DNA from: Torpedo marmorata
Lineage: Eukaryota
Length of the DNA stretch: 64,000 nucleotides
Direction: 5' to 3'
Assembly (NCBI GenBank): GCA_977017645.1
Contig: OZ360235.1
Coordinates: 43,400,001 to 43,464,000 of the forward strand
Within the stretch, counting starts at the first letter, position 1; each line of letters begins with the position of its first letter. The translations under genes and the position numbers were made by a program. The notes below the pieces were generated by a model that did no database searches, had not been told where the DNA came from, and was given only the letters and a program-made list of their open reading frames with translations. Shown here in pieces: positions 49,761-63,134 of this stretch.

Positions 49761-50438
49761 ATTTCAAGTCTAGCTCACTTTGCAGATCTATAAATGTGAC
49801 TCTAGGGTTACATTTTTCTTGAGTAGTAGCTGTTCCCTCCAATGGAGTCTGAGATTGCACAAATAATGCAACCTCTGAGGAGTAAATCTTTTAAATCTGT
49901 GAAGTTGCAATGATCTACCAACAGCTTTAGCTTTGTTAAGAATCAAAGGCTTCTCCCTGCTTCTGGTTACATGTAAAACACCCAGGAGTCAATCATTTCA
50001 TTTCTAGACAGCTTCACAATTTATTTGTCCCAGTTTCATTTGAGATCTTTATAAAATGTTACAATTCTCACTTGCAGCTAATGAGATACAATAACAGCCT
50101 TAACTTTTGCCTGCTCAGGCTGATCTGCCATACCTCACTCAATAGGGTCATTCTTTGGACAGGTTATTTACCTGGTCTAGCATCTCAAGTGGCTTTTTGT
50201 TCCACTGTTCCAACTGAGTTCCACTGCTCTGTTCTGCAGCAATTATCCATTCTTTCATTTAAGAATACTGATTTCAAGTCTAGCTCTGGCTCACTTTGCA
50301 GATCGACAAATGTGACTCCAGGGTTACATTTTTCTTGAGCAGTGGCTGTTCCCTCCAATGGACTGAGATTGAACAAATAGTGCAACATCTGAGTAAATCT
50401 TTTAAATCTGTGAAACTGCAATGATCTACCAACAGCTT
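49761..50438. repeat. Diverged direct duplication of about 170 bp (49761-49928 and 50271-50438)
   Basis: tttcaagtctagctc...aatgatctaccaacagcttt present twice, about 510 bp apart. Confidence 0.85.
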
Positions 50439-51913
50439 TTATTCAACAAATTAGAATTCCTTCTAATTTCATTGACTAGCACGACTGATACTTTGCCAGG
50501 CACTAGGTTTCTCTCTTCTTCATTCACTCTCAGGAATTAAAACAGCAAATGGAACCTGCTGGAAATCAGAAGAAACAGTAAATGCTAGAAATACTCAGAT
50601 TAGACTGTGTCATGATCATTATTGTAACTTTTTTATTAGTTCTGTAGCACATGTATTGTTCATTTTTTTTCTATTGTATAAATATCAATAAAAAATATTT
50701 AAAAAGATTAGACCGTGTCTGGCGAGAGCACACGTTATGAGAAAAGCTTTCATGAATTAAGTGTTGGAAATAGAAAGCCAGTTGACTTCTTGCAGTTGCT
50801 TTCTTTCAAACATCCCTTCACATACAATTTGTTACCCCACCATGCTACAATACGGATCAGCAGTCACATGAACTGATCAAAGGAGTGACAACTTTAAAAG
50901 CCCAAAATCTGATATTACAAATATGTTACCTGATCCATCATGTCTCAAGTAGGAGTTGGTAGAAAACACAGGCTCCAAATCCTGTGGAAAAACCTTAGGT
51001 TGCTGGACTCCATGCTGCTAGAATAAATGGATTGTGTATTGTGGCCCTCACATCCACTTTTGGGGGCTAATTTAGTCTTCAATTAATTTAACTGTAGCAC
51101 CACAATTTAATGATAGCTAGAATCCTGTATAGCTTAGTACGAAACTTATCAGCGTGTTAACTCACTGGACACACAAAGTAGTAAAAAATTAAGCTTCAGT
51201 GGAAAAATTCTTTGGTGCTGGTTCTGATCCTTTACCATTACCAAAATTTTAATATTTGCTGAGGGCAACTCAAATTTATGTTAATGCTCTATTCACCATG
51301 CACATTTTAATTGCAGCATGCCATTCTATGCTTCTACTGAAAACAGTACAGTAAAAGCGAATAGTGTTATGTTCCATTACTTCCACCATGTTCAACACTG
51401 ATTACTGTATGGCATTGCACCATACTAGTTTGAAGAAGTATATGAATAGAAACTACTTGCTCCCAAATTTAGTTAATAAGCATATATGAATATGACACTA
51501 CGTTTAAAAACTTTGCATGGTTTTCCCTTTGTGCATATACAAACATGACCATATGGATGTGAAAAGACCCTGCACTGTATATATTTGTATGAATAGTCTA
51601 TTTTAAAATTAAAAAATATTTTAATTTCAATGTCATTAAACATTTTACTTTTTGGACAATTACCTCCTTTCCTTCTTACTGTAGTGTTCCATTTGTGCTG
51701 GTTCAATGGTGGCACTTTATCTAAGTGGACTGACTATAACAAACAGCCAAAGTGCAACACTGCTCTCTCAACATTCAGGTGTATATATACCTTCCAGCTG
51801 CGATTGTTTTCTTTACCAGTTGGCTACCAGAACACCTTTTCACAGTGTTATTGAGAACATTTGAAGCAATTTTAAATATAAAATTTACATTATATATAAT
51901 TTATATAGTGTAA

Positions 51914-51946
<33 letters not shown>

Positions 51947-51959
51947 AAAGTATATACAA

Positions 51960-53535
51960 ACAGTGCCTACGAGAATCCCTGAAAAGGCTGAGGACCCTGT
52001 GATATCGGTCTCTGAGGGCGATGTCAGAACATCATTCAAGAGGGTGAACCATCGCAAGGCACCAGGCCCCGATGGCATACCTGGCAGGGTACTGAAAATC
52101 TGTGCCAACCAACTAGCCGGAGTGTTCACGGACATTTTCAACCTCTCATTGCGGCAGTCAGAGGTTCCCACCTGCTCAAAAGGGCATCAATCATCCCGGT
52201 ACCCAAGAGTAGAGTGGGCTGCCTCAACGACTACCGCCCAGTAGCACTAACTTCTACTGTGATGAAATGCTTTGAGAGGCTGGTCATGGCCAGAATTAAC
52301 ACGTATCTAAGCAAAGATCTGGACCCACTGCAATTCGCCTATCGTCACAATCGCTCCACAGCAGATGCAATATCGCTGGCTCTCTACTCACCTCTGGATC
52401 ACCTCGAAAACAGCGATTCATACATACGGCTGCTCTTCATCGACTACAGCTCGGCCTTCAATACCATTGTTCCCTCAGTGCTGGTCAAGAAGCTACAAAC
52501 TCTAGGCCTCTGTTCCCCACTCTGCAACTGGATCCTCGACTTTCTCATCGGAAGATCACAGTCAGTACGAATTGGAAACAACGTCTCCTCCTCAGATTAT
52601 CAACACAGGCGCACCCCAAGGATGCGTGCTTAGTCCACTGCTCTACTCGTTATACACCCATGACTGTGTGGCCAGGCACAATTCCAATGCCATCTACAAG
52701 TTTGCCGATAACACCACAGTTGTCGGCAGAATCACAAATGGCAATGAGGAAGCGTACAGGAGGGAGATAGATCAGCTCGTTGAACAGTGTAAACGACAAC
52801 AACCTTGAGCTCAACATCATCAAAACTAAGGAGATGATTGTGGACTTCAGGAGGAAGTCAGGGGAACACGACCCAGTCCTCATTGAGGGCTCAATAGTGG
52901 AGAGGGTGAAGAACTTCAAATTCCTGGGTGTCAACATCTCTGAGGATCTACCTCCATGTTGATGCAATCACAAAGAAGGCTTGTCAGCGGCTATACTTTG
53001 TGAGGTGTCTGAGGAGATTCGGTATGTCACCGAAGACTCTCGTAAACTTCTAAAGGCGTACTGTGGAGAGCATTCTGGCTGGTTGCATCACTGCCTGGCA
53101 TGGAGGCGCCAACTCTCAGGACAAGAGTAAACTCCAGAGGGTTGTTAACTCGGCCTGTGACATCACAGGAACCAAACTTCACTCCATCGAGGACATCTAC
53201 ATGAGGCAGTGTCTTAAAAAGAGCAGCCTCTATCCTCAAAGACCCCCACCACCCAGGCCTATGCCCTCTTCACTCTGCTTCCATCGGGAAAAAGGTTCAG
53301 GAGCCTAAAGACGAGCACTCAACGGCACAAGGACAGCTTCTTCCCCGCTGCCATCAGATTCCTGAATAACCAATGAACCAAAGACACTGCCTTACTTTTC
53401 GTGCACTATTATTTATAATTTTTTTTATAGTAATGTCGTAAGATGGTTATAATGTGAATGTTAATTGCACTATGATGCTGCCGCAAAACACCGAATTTCA
53501 TGACTTGTTCATGACAATAAATTTTGATTCTGATT
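51960..53535 (+). mobile_element. Rex1/Babar LINE, 5'-truncated, next to an (AT)n microsatellite (about 51915-51938)
   Basis: [56 protein letters not shown]; tail atgacaataaattttgattctgatt. Confidence 0.92.
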
Positions 53536-54149
53536 TGTACATATTTAAATTAACATGAATAATTTGCTGATATCAGATACCTGCGAACTGAGATCAAATT
53601 GGTTGCCCTCCCTAAAATTACAAACATTTCAGGCACATATGCAAATGTATTGTGATAATCACACTATAACTGTACCAGCATTTAATAACTTTGTACAAAA
53701 CTCCTTTGACCTTGAACAGAAACAGTATTTGATCATTTACACCTGCTCTACCATTCAGAAAGATCTCTTAAAGACAAACAGACTTGTTCCTTGAAGGATG
53801 TTGCTGGATGAGAATGATGATTATTTGTGTTGAAATAAGATGAAAATTGAGACCTCACCAGCAGGGAGCAGCACATGACCTTTTTTTACTCCTATCAAGT
53901 GGAAGTACTGTTGTACACCCATCTCAAATTTGTTTCCCACAGAAAATACCTTCTTCATGACAGCATGCATACCATGGGATCTGCAATACAGCCATTCTTA
54001 ATAAAGGCTGATGTCAAATAAGGCTTTATCATTGCCTCAACACGTTTCCTAACCTTTCTTGCCACAATGTTCAATCTCACCTGTGGATGTGGAATTAGTT
54101 TTCAGAACTAATAACCTGCTGAACCGACAGCAACTACACTCCAAAGCCA

Positions 54150-54630
54150 AGGCTACTTAAACCTTAGTGGTTGAACTGTAGTATGGGTATAATGCTGGCA
54201 TTTATGCATGCTCAGAGGCTGAGCTCCAAGGCATTATTGATAAATTTCACTGAAGCATACAAGACCAGGGTTTTTCATTACGCTGCCCTTCTGTATCCTG
54301 TTGTCCAGTGATAATGAGGTTCACAATAAGACTTTGGAAACCACTTGACATATCTTTGATGTCTAATTTTGCTGAGAGGTTGCCCCAATGACAAAGGTTA
54401 TCAATTTGCCAACACAACCTTTGGTCAATTGAGGAAAAAAAAAGGAATTGAAGACGAAGATCTCAGACCTAGCATAAAACTTTAGGTCTACCTACCCCCT
54501 GATATACTTCTGGAGACCTCAAGGCATCAAAAAAAATACCACCAACACCATCTCTACAAAATCCTCCAAATTTACTGGAAGGATAAGTGAACTAATGACT
54601 GTGTTAAGACCCAGTATTGAGACCCTGGGC
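54150..54630 (+). mobile_element. Highly degenerate RTE/BovB-like RT fragment
   Basis: Remnant motifs such as aaaatcctccaaatttactggaaggataagtgaactaatgac. Confidence 0.5.
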
Positions 54631-56084
54631 ATAGTGCATTAAAATTAACAAGACACATAATTTCACTCTGGATCTAGTTGGCATCTATTATATTCTATTT
54701 GCAGGCTCAAAACAAATTCTTTATACAGGAATTTTTGTTATCAAATCATTGGGCAACTCCACTAAAATAATAGAGGGGAGTTTGACACACATGCAATCAG
54801 CAATCCACAATAACATTGCAACTTTAAAGATATAACACTCATTTTACTTTACCTCCTAGTGACTGTATTCGCTAGAATAAATGATGCCATCTCTCAGAAG
54901 TGCAACGTTTTTCAATAACGCTGTCATTAATGCAAGGTTGGATATGGCACATTATATCCACAGCTCAACAGATTGAAATGTAACAAATATAATTTTTGCC
55001 ATTTCTCTCTTCTTGGTCTGGGGTGTAGATCCACAGACACAGTTAACTCTAGTGCCTTACTCAAATGGTGTAGCTTTATGTATGACCCTACATTGAAAAT
55101 TTGAGTGGGCTATTGAACTGCTGAAAGGAAAAATAATGATTCGAAACCAAACCAAGTATTTTCTAATCCAGTTCTGCATACGTTCCGTAATAAATGCACT
55201 TCAAGTAAGAAACAGTGGTGCAGTTCTCAAATGAATTTCACATTTTCCCACCGAGACAAAACTTAATTCTAGTTCGAAACAAAAACAGAAAATGCTGCAA
55301 ATACTGATGCAGGTCAGGGGTAAGTTGCGGTGAGAGAAATAGGGTTAACATTTTAGGTCAATGAACTGCTCACCCTGTCAAGGCTGAGATCAACTCTCCC
55401 ACTATAAATCTCACACTATTAACTATGGGCTAATGTGCAGCCAAAATCAAAGCAAAGAATTCCTGCACCAAAGAAATAAACAATTAAAGACTAATAGACA
55501 AACTATCATGAGGCTGGCGGTTGAGTTCATGGATCATTGATCACCTGTAACATGAAATAAATACTAAAATAGAATTGTCAAAAGTAGATTTATGTGGTAA
55601 GCTTTTGCCAATTAAAAATAATATTTTTTTTCTCCTTCCTTCACCATTGTGCATCATATTCCATGAACTTCATTATCAATGTGACACTTTTGTCAATCAG
55701 ATGATCTGATAATCCTGCCCTGTAATTTTCCCTTCTCCATCCTTTGGTGCACATTGGTCTCTATTCAGCACTTTTTTGCAACAGCAGTGTTCACATTTCG
55801 AGCTGTGTGCAGAATCATGGGTAGAGTTTATATACTGGTGCCTGAGGTATCAGAGTTGGGTAAGTGGGAAGGATGCTGGATTTAAGCTGAAGATAAAAAC
55901 ATGGACATAGACCTTTCATGTCCTTGATTTATGAAATAATACAACTTAATAAAATAGCATCCAAGTTTGAAGAATCTCTTCAAAACTGTATTTTTTTTAT
56001 TCAGCAGACTGAGTTACATTTTACTCACATGCTCAAATTGTGATTCAAATAAACTTTCTGCTCTCTGAAACAGACTCCACTAGG

Positions 56085-59000
56085 CCAAGGTTTTCAAACA
56101 TTTATTCTAAGTATGTACAATATAGAAAATAGTAAATTCATATGGAAAATAATCTATGTCAGTCAAGCAACAATAAAAATGTTTTCTTACATAATAAGGG
56201 CCCTAGTACAGAAGAACTGAGGTATGTGTCACAACTGTAACCAAAGTGACTTGACATTGCATTTCATTAAAACATTTCAACATATACAAAATATAAAGTA
56301 CAAATAAATAGGTTACATGTTCCCAGCATCTAGTGCCTTGGACAAGAGTAAAATACTGGCTGTAGCTAGTGCAGGCTTGGTGGAAGACTGCAGGACTGAC
56401 AGTCTGAGGTATGTCTTTGTCTCTTGTACATTTTTTTTAAAAATGGCTAAAAAATTGTCTGATCAAAGACCAACAATTGTTGGAGCATTTTAATTGGGTG
56501 TGATCATAGCTGCCTCCAGACAAGAAAAAAAACACATTTATAAATGTTAGTTGAAAGAAATAATTGTAGCAATTGCTGCATAGATTTTCCATGGTTTCTG
56601 GAAGCAACTTGACAAGCCACACACAAAAAGAGACAAATCTAGAAACAGGGTCCAATGCACCTTCATTGTTCATAATTTCTATGCTGGTCTCCAGAAGGTG
56701 CCTATATCAGTGTCAACTTGGCTCAGTGGGTGCTTTCTAACAAAGTTAGAAGATTGTGGGTTCAAGCCATAAGACCAGAGGAAATAACCTAGACTGATGC
56801 TACTCCAAAGGAGTGCTGCTCTATTGGAAGTCCCAGCTTTTCAATGTGATATTAAACATAGACACCAAATGCCTAGATTGGATGAATGTAAATGATCGTA
56901 TGTCCTAAGTTGAAGAGAAGCAAGACCTTTCAGTGCCCTGATCAACATTTCTCCCTCAACCATCTTCACTACAACAAGTCCTTTACCTTGTGCTGGGTGT
57001 AGGCCTTGCTGTGTGCAAATTCACTGCCATGTTTGCCTACAAAACAACAGTGACATTAAAAAAAATCATTGGCTGCAAAGCACTTTGGGACATCACAAAA
57101 AAAACTCAATGCTAAAACTAAATGCAAATTCCTTAATTTGCTCCGATCCACTGGCAGCGATTCTTGGTACCTCAAACATGGCAATTTTCAAGAAAGAGCG
57201 CAAACGTCATGGGTGCTGAGAGCAGCCTCATAACCTGCCCTCAAAGAATTCCATAGGCTTTCCTGGTTCTCACCCAGAGATTTAAGTCCTCCCCCTCTGC
57301 CCTGACATATTTGATACAACTCATATTGGTGGTTGCATAATCATCAAGACTAAAGATATGCTTTATGTTTCAGCTACTCTTTCCAGTTTGTTCAGGCCAA
57401 AATAGTTTTGCTTTTTTTTGTATGCAAATCACACCCCACATTGTGAAACCCAGCTCACAACCAGTTGCCTTGCAGGTAATCTCAAAGGACTAAATGCAAA
57501 TGACTTTTACTGAGGTTTAGTGGGTCACTAGTTGCACTGATTAAGGAGTACACAGGAGGGCAGTTGAGAGGCCAGTGGCAATAAATAATGTAACCAATCA
57601 CTGTAATGACAATTCTGTCAGTTTGGAGCTAAATGAATGGAATTCTGGGGAAAACACCCAAATCAATTGACTAATGCCAGTACCCATATCAATGAGGTTT
57701 ATTTAAAAAATTATACACACATAACTTGTGATAGTGTTTTCAAGGCTGTAATTACCTTTGAGCTGCTGATTGCATCCAACAGTATTAAATGACCTATAGT
57801 CTAAAACCCTATCTTTTATCTCAGTTGATTTATACATACAGGAACTAAAATGTTTTGCTGGTGAACCTGTATCAAATATTTTAAATAAAATAAACTTTAT
57901 TTTTGTGTTGCCTCGGGTTTCTTACTAAGATTTAGCACATCTGGTAATAGTCACTGCAAATAAACCTGAGACTGGTGATTAAATATTAACAATTTCAGCA
58001 GCAGAGAACACATCAAATGTTACAAAAAACAGCGACAATTTTAAACAAAGAAATGCAGAACAAACATTCTGTGCATCAGTGCAGAATGGTTTTCATGTCA
58101 ACAATTTAGTGTATTAACTGTAACATTATAGAACAAAGCAGGGAAAAATATATAAAACTGAAATGAAAGCTTGCATCCTTACAACTAAACTACTGCATCA
58201 CAAAATACTGTGGCTGAATGTACAATAACAGGATTAACTGCCACAGAAACTTCCAAAATGATTCTCCATTTGTTCAAAGGATGCTCGGGTATCTCAATGC
58301 AGTGCGACATCCATAAGATATTGCTTACTTGGCTACTACCTGTTTATGGATACATTCAACAGACTAGAGAAAAAGGCATCATCATTTATTCCTGTAAACC
58401 AGTTTTAACCAAATCGCTACACAGAAATGCTACAATTTAAAGTACAATTCTTTTTTTACACCTGAGTTTCTCATAATACCTATAAAAATGAAAAATTGCA
58501 TCTACCCATCGAACTAGAACACTGAAATGCTGTCACAACAATGTCCTTTTAGATCTTGGCTCCATTTGTGATCATCCGTCTTGCTCATTTCTGTGGGATT
58601 GGAAAGGACAACAGTGTTCATTATGCCAATGAGAAAGTGCCAAGATTCTTCCACAAAGATCGCAATAAAAATAAATATAAGCACAAATGGATAACAACAA
58701 TTGAGCAGCAAATGAAGAAAGAGTTTCTGCTACGTGATGATTTTGACATAAATAATTATACTAAGTACATAAAGCTATCTTGTTCACATTATTATAAAAC
58801 TCTGAGGTACAAAAGCAAATGACTATCAATGCTCTTTATTACTAATTTTGAAATACCATCTTAATTTGAGACCCGAACATGTTTACATACCCCTCCAATT
58901 GTGTCACTGTGTCAACCCTTTCCCATGTCATGACAGCATAAAATTCATAGTTGGTAAAATGGGGTCCTTCATTGTCACTTTCCGAGTGAGGATTTCATCA

Positions 59001-59560
59001 GCTTTAGTTATTCAATACTTGGCGTTATAATTGAGATAATGGTGAAGTTCAAAATTTTAAAACAAAAGATGCAGTCCTTATAAACAGTCTGAAGCAGATT
59101 AATTTAAAGTGTTTTTTAACATTAATAGGTGAAGAAGCCAGGTTGGTGATTGGCATGCTGCAAGTCCAGATCAAGTGGCTTAAAAACCTATGTTTGTTTC
59201 TCTAATACATAATTTCCCTGTGAACAGAAAGGCCATCAAACAGTCCTAATAAAACAACAATCTCATATTTCTTTTGTTAGAAAATCCTTTGACTTCTTGA
59301 GGATTCAGAAGTCGCTATAGGTGCAAGTTTTCTTCTTTCTCAATACTACAAAAGTTAGTTCCATGATTAGCTATCATTTAAAAAATCACACAGGCACAGG
59401 AATCAACTGGGTGTCATTCTCTTAATGGAGACATGGCATTACATGATAAAAATTGGAACTCCCTTCCTGATACCCTCTATTTGAACCTATCACTTTTTAT
59501 TCAAGACCTTTTTATAACTTACATTTTTTAAATAAAAGTTTTAACATCATGAGAGGCCCA
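56085..59560 (-). other. Probable distal long 3'UTR of the convergent gene (CECR2?) with polyA signals
   Basis: TE-poor AU-rich stretch; AATAAA on - at 56101-56106, about 57896 and about 58835. Confidence 0.35.
56715..57135 (+). mobile_element. Deu-domain SINE (SacSINE1/AmnSINE1-like), old
   Basis: tRNA-like head (ggctcagtggg...gggttcaagcc), core aacatttctccctcaacc...cttgctgtgtgcaaatt, tail ttggctgcaaagcactttgggacatc...aaatgcaa. Confidence 0.72.
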
Positions 59561-59579
59561 AAGGCTTTTAACTGGAATA

Positions 59580-60665
59580 CCAATCACAGGGCAATAAGGA
59601 GGTGAAGGCAGCAAAATGAATGTTTGCCTTCATAGGTCAGTATGGAATACAATGATTGAGACATCGTGTTGCAACTCTACCAAACACTGGTTAGATCACA
59701 CTTGGAATGTTGTGTGCATTTCTGTTCGCCACACAATAGGAAAATGTGATTGTGCTGGAGAGAGTGCAAAGATTCACTAGGATGTTGACTAGATGGATGA
59801 ACTTAGTTATAGGGAGAGATAAATACTCTGCTTGTTTTTCCCAAGAGTGAGGGAGGCTGAGGTATACAAAATTGTAAAGGGACTAGAAAGATCAAATAAT
59901 CAAATCCTTTTTCCCACAGGCCTCAAAAACAAGAGGATGTATGTTTATGTTGAGAGGAAGGAATTTTAAAAGAGGATTTACTTTTTTTTTGACACAGAGT
60001 TGTTGGTACAGTAAAACCCCTGGTATCCGGCACCTATGGGGATTGGTAGATGCCGGATAAGTATATTTTCCAGTTGCTTGAGACTTACTCTTACAATGCC
60101 TAGCTAATACACCTTCATTAAGAATAAACAGTTTAAGAGACAAAAATACTATACTGTACTTACACGAACAAATTTCACTTGCATGAATATATCCACCTTA
60201 AAGCATTTTACTTTATTTTCAGTCACATTCTTTGCAAATATTTAACCGTCACTGCATCTGCAGGGTCAACCCCTTCCACGGAACCGCCCAAAAGACGAAC
60301 AATAACATTATAGTTGATTAACCCCCATCCCCTAAGTTTACAGATAAAGCCTCTGACTGGGGCACCTCTTTGCAGGGATAAGGAGACACTAAGAGAGTCA
60401 CCCCAACAATGAGTGGCATCAACTAGCACTTCATCCTGCGCAACGCCATTGCTGTTTCACACGACTTTATACAAATAGCTGCTACGAGCAAGGCACGACC
60501 AAGGCACTACGCTGGCTGAATATTTGCTCCCATCTAATTTAGATGAAGGATTAAATAGGTAGCCATGGAAGGGTAAATGTGGGCAAATGAGATTATAGCG
60601 TTGATGCAAAAAGGCTAGCATGGATATGGTGGGCCGAAGGACCTGTTTCTGTGCTCTATGTCAAG
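59580..60665 (+). mobile_element. CR1 3' fragment interrupted by a truncated family A MITE
   Basis: LYQTLVRSHLECCVHFCSP-like remnant; 3' tail gggccgaaggacctgtttctgtgctctatg. Confidence 0.7.
60009..60533. mobile_element. Tigger/pogo-like MITE, family A copy 3 (one TIR only)
   Basis: ta|CAGTAAAACCCCTGGTATCC start, homologous to the 39469 copy. Confidence 0.8.
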
Positions 60666-60699
60666 GATTATGACTCCAACCTGTCAAATGGAACAAAAA

Positions 60700-61740
60700 C
60701 TGAAACAGTCAGGACAGATGAACAAGGTCTTGGCCAGACAAGTAGGTTTTAAGGAGTAGCTGAAATATAGGCAAACACAGAATATTTTAAATAGACAATT
60801 CCAGAGGTCAGAAGCAATCAAAAACAGGAAAGGAGGTTGGAATTACAATAGAGAAAAGAGTGTTGGGAGTGAGGGTGGATTGGTGGTTGCAAATTTATCA
60901 AGGAATGTAAATTTATTTTAAAAATTGAGGCAATATTAAAATAGGAGCTGGGATCATCAGCAAACATCATTGTAATGGAGAGCAAGTGGAGATTTGGACT
61001 GCAGTATATGGATAAGCACAGTAAGATCACATTGAAGAAAATTGAGAAAATCTACAGGATTTTAGCAGCAGGAATCTGGGTAGGTGCAGAACCAAACACC
61101 ATTACTGAAATGGAAGGCATCAGTTTCGGAGTGCAATGGCAGGCACAACATATTCTGTGTCAACTGCAACACCTTGACCGCAGACTAACTGGCTCAACTT
61201 CAGACAATTTCCTGGACTGAAAGCAATAGTTGGGGAGCTGACTTTGTGGCATGGACTGAAGGCAATTGCTTCAGTCTTCCAATATTAATTTGAAGAGTTT
61301 TTCTGGTTGTTCAATATTGGATTACAGTGCGATCAATTTGAGAGTGGAAAATGCAAAGAGCTGGAAAGAAAGGGATAATTGCCACCAATGTTCATGTGGA
61401 ATTTGATGATGTTTTTTGAATGAGGGAACATTAGAAGAGAAATAGAGACAAAAGACAGCACTTGGAGAGCTCCCGAGGTGAGAGAGTGAGAATGAGAACA
61501 GAAATGGTTGCAGATGATTTGCTGCCCACCAATTGATCAATTAAAAAAAGAATCTTAGTTCAATGTGAGTGAGATGTAGGTTGAAGTCACCAAGGCTGAA
61601 GTTCTTCAGTGTGGAGGAAGGCAGATAAAGAAACTTACTGAGAAAGTTTGGTATAATGTTCTGATGAATGGCAAAGATCAAAGATTTTTTAAATGAAAGG
61701 CAAGGAATAATACAAGGTGCCAACACAAAATTTGTCAGAG
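60700..61740. mobile_element. Ancient L2-like LINE debris
   Basis: Purine-rich plus strand; minus strand shows MFADDP and LGDFNLH remnants. Confidence 0.45.
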
Positions 61741-62067
61741 GTGTAAGAAGACAAAGTCACAATTTAGGGATGGGTTCTATATTACATTATGGCACACTGA
61801 CTGGATTAAATAATGGAAAGTGTAACAAGTAGGGAGATGCTGTTCAGGTTAAAGAGATCACTATCCGGTATCCATTTTTTCTCCAAGGCTTGGATGCAAA
61901 CCTAATTATTCATATTTCATTTGTGAACAGTTAAGACCCAGTTAACAAGAAAACAGATATTCAGGAGTTAAATTTTGCAAGGTACAATTGTGTTGCCCAA
62001 GTATTGTGGGCATGATTACACAAGAGATAAAAATGCACAAAGGTCTTTTAAAATTCTTTTTAAATGT

Positions 62068-62337
62068 TGACATACAGCATGGTAACAAGGCCCTTCCAGC
62101 CGCCGAGCCCGTGCTGCCCAAATACCCCAATTAACCTACAACACCTGTACGTTTTTGAAGGGCGGGAGGAAACTGGAGTGCCCGGAGGAAACCCATGCAG
62201 ACACGGGGAGAATGTACAAATTCCTTACAGACAGCGCCGGATTCGAACCAGCGTTCCTGGCGCTGTAACAGCATTGCACTAACCGTGCCACCCTGCTACG
62301 CTAACCGTGCAGTCCTACTACGCTAACTATTCCGCCC
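62068..62337 (-). mobile_element. tRNA-derived SINE with tandemly repeated head (ctacgctaac)
   Basis: Same family; B-box GGTTCGAATCC on -. Confidence 0.85.
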
Positions 62338-62910
62338 TTGAATTGCACAGGGAGCAGCAGGTTCAACACCCACTGAAATTGAAGGTCAAAATTAAGACCA
62401 GTTGCTGCTGTATTGGGAGTCATAGAGTTGAAACATGTCCATCTCTGGGAATCAATGACTCAAAAGTAGTTTCCAAGCACCATTTCTCCAAATGTTGTGG
62501 AGAGCCAATTTAAATGATGCAACTTTAAAAAAAAAAAAAAAAAAAAAATCCATTGATGATAAATAATAATTATAAATTAAGCCTAGCAAATTAGATAATA
62601 GAAGAAATTGATCAGTAAACAAACAAAAAAAAATCACAATTTAACTGCTGTTTACAAATAGGCTTCAGCGCTGGTCAGATGGTGAAACGGTCTGTGACTG
62701 CAGATTAAGTTCCTCAGCTACATTCTTATCAGCTGAGACTTGAAAGACTGAACTGAGTGTTGCAAGGGATCCAAGATCCCCTGACCAGTGTACTGAAGGA
62801 AGCAAGCACTAACAGCTGACAACCACTGACTGAACAAAAGGTAAAACAGGGTAGAACAATGTTATCCACAGAAAGCTCATCTCCTTCTTTGTTCAAATGC
62901 TTAATCACCC

Positions 62911-62958
62911 TTAACGAGACTTCCTCTTTTGACAAAATTGTCTTTCCGTGTCAAAATG
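62911..62958 (-). CDS. CECR2: Possible terminal coding exon of CECR2 (HFDTERQFCQKRKSR*)
   Basis: tttgtgcag| acceptor after a 79-nt intron, in-frame TAA; no homology support. Confidence 0.35.
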   Translation of the reverse strand, partial: HFDTERQFCQKRKSR

Positions 62959-63037
62959 CTGCACAAATGCAATTAAATATGGGATGGAGAGCAAAACCAG
63001 TAACAATTACAAACATTGTACAAGAATGATTACTCAC

Positions 63038-63134
63038 CTGATCAGCAAATGAATTAGGCATTTTCTGTTCAACTTCCTTTCCCATTTCTGTTCCTGAAAC
63101 TGAGTTCTGATATGCATGCTCCTGTCCAGGCATT
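63038..63134 (-). CDS. CECR2: Probable penultimate coding exon of CECR2 (MPGQEHAYQNSVSGTEMGKEVEQKMPNSFADQ)
   Basis: ttttaaaag|A ATG... acceptor and GAT CAG|gtgagt donor. The phase-2 start followed by M and the ...DQ end resemble the human CECR2 penultimate exon as I recall it. Synteny CECR2-ATP6V1E1-BCL2L13 supports it; peptide similarity itself is low. Confidence 0.55.

Noticed and set aside
50555-50600. Strong-looking minus-strand splice acceptor (ttctgatttccagcag)
   Set aside because: It overlaps a degenerate Penelope-terminus-like fragment and all three frames stop soon after, so it is not counted as evidence for an intact exon.
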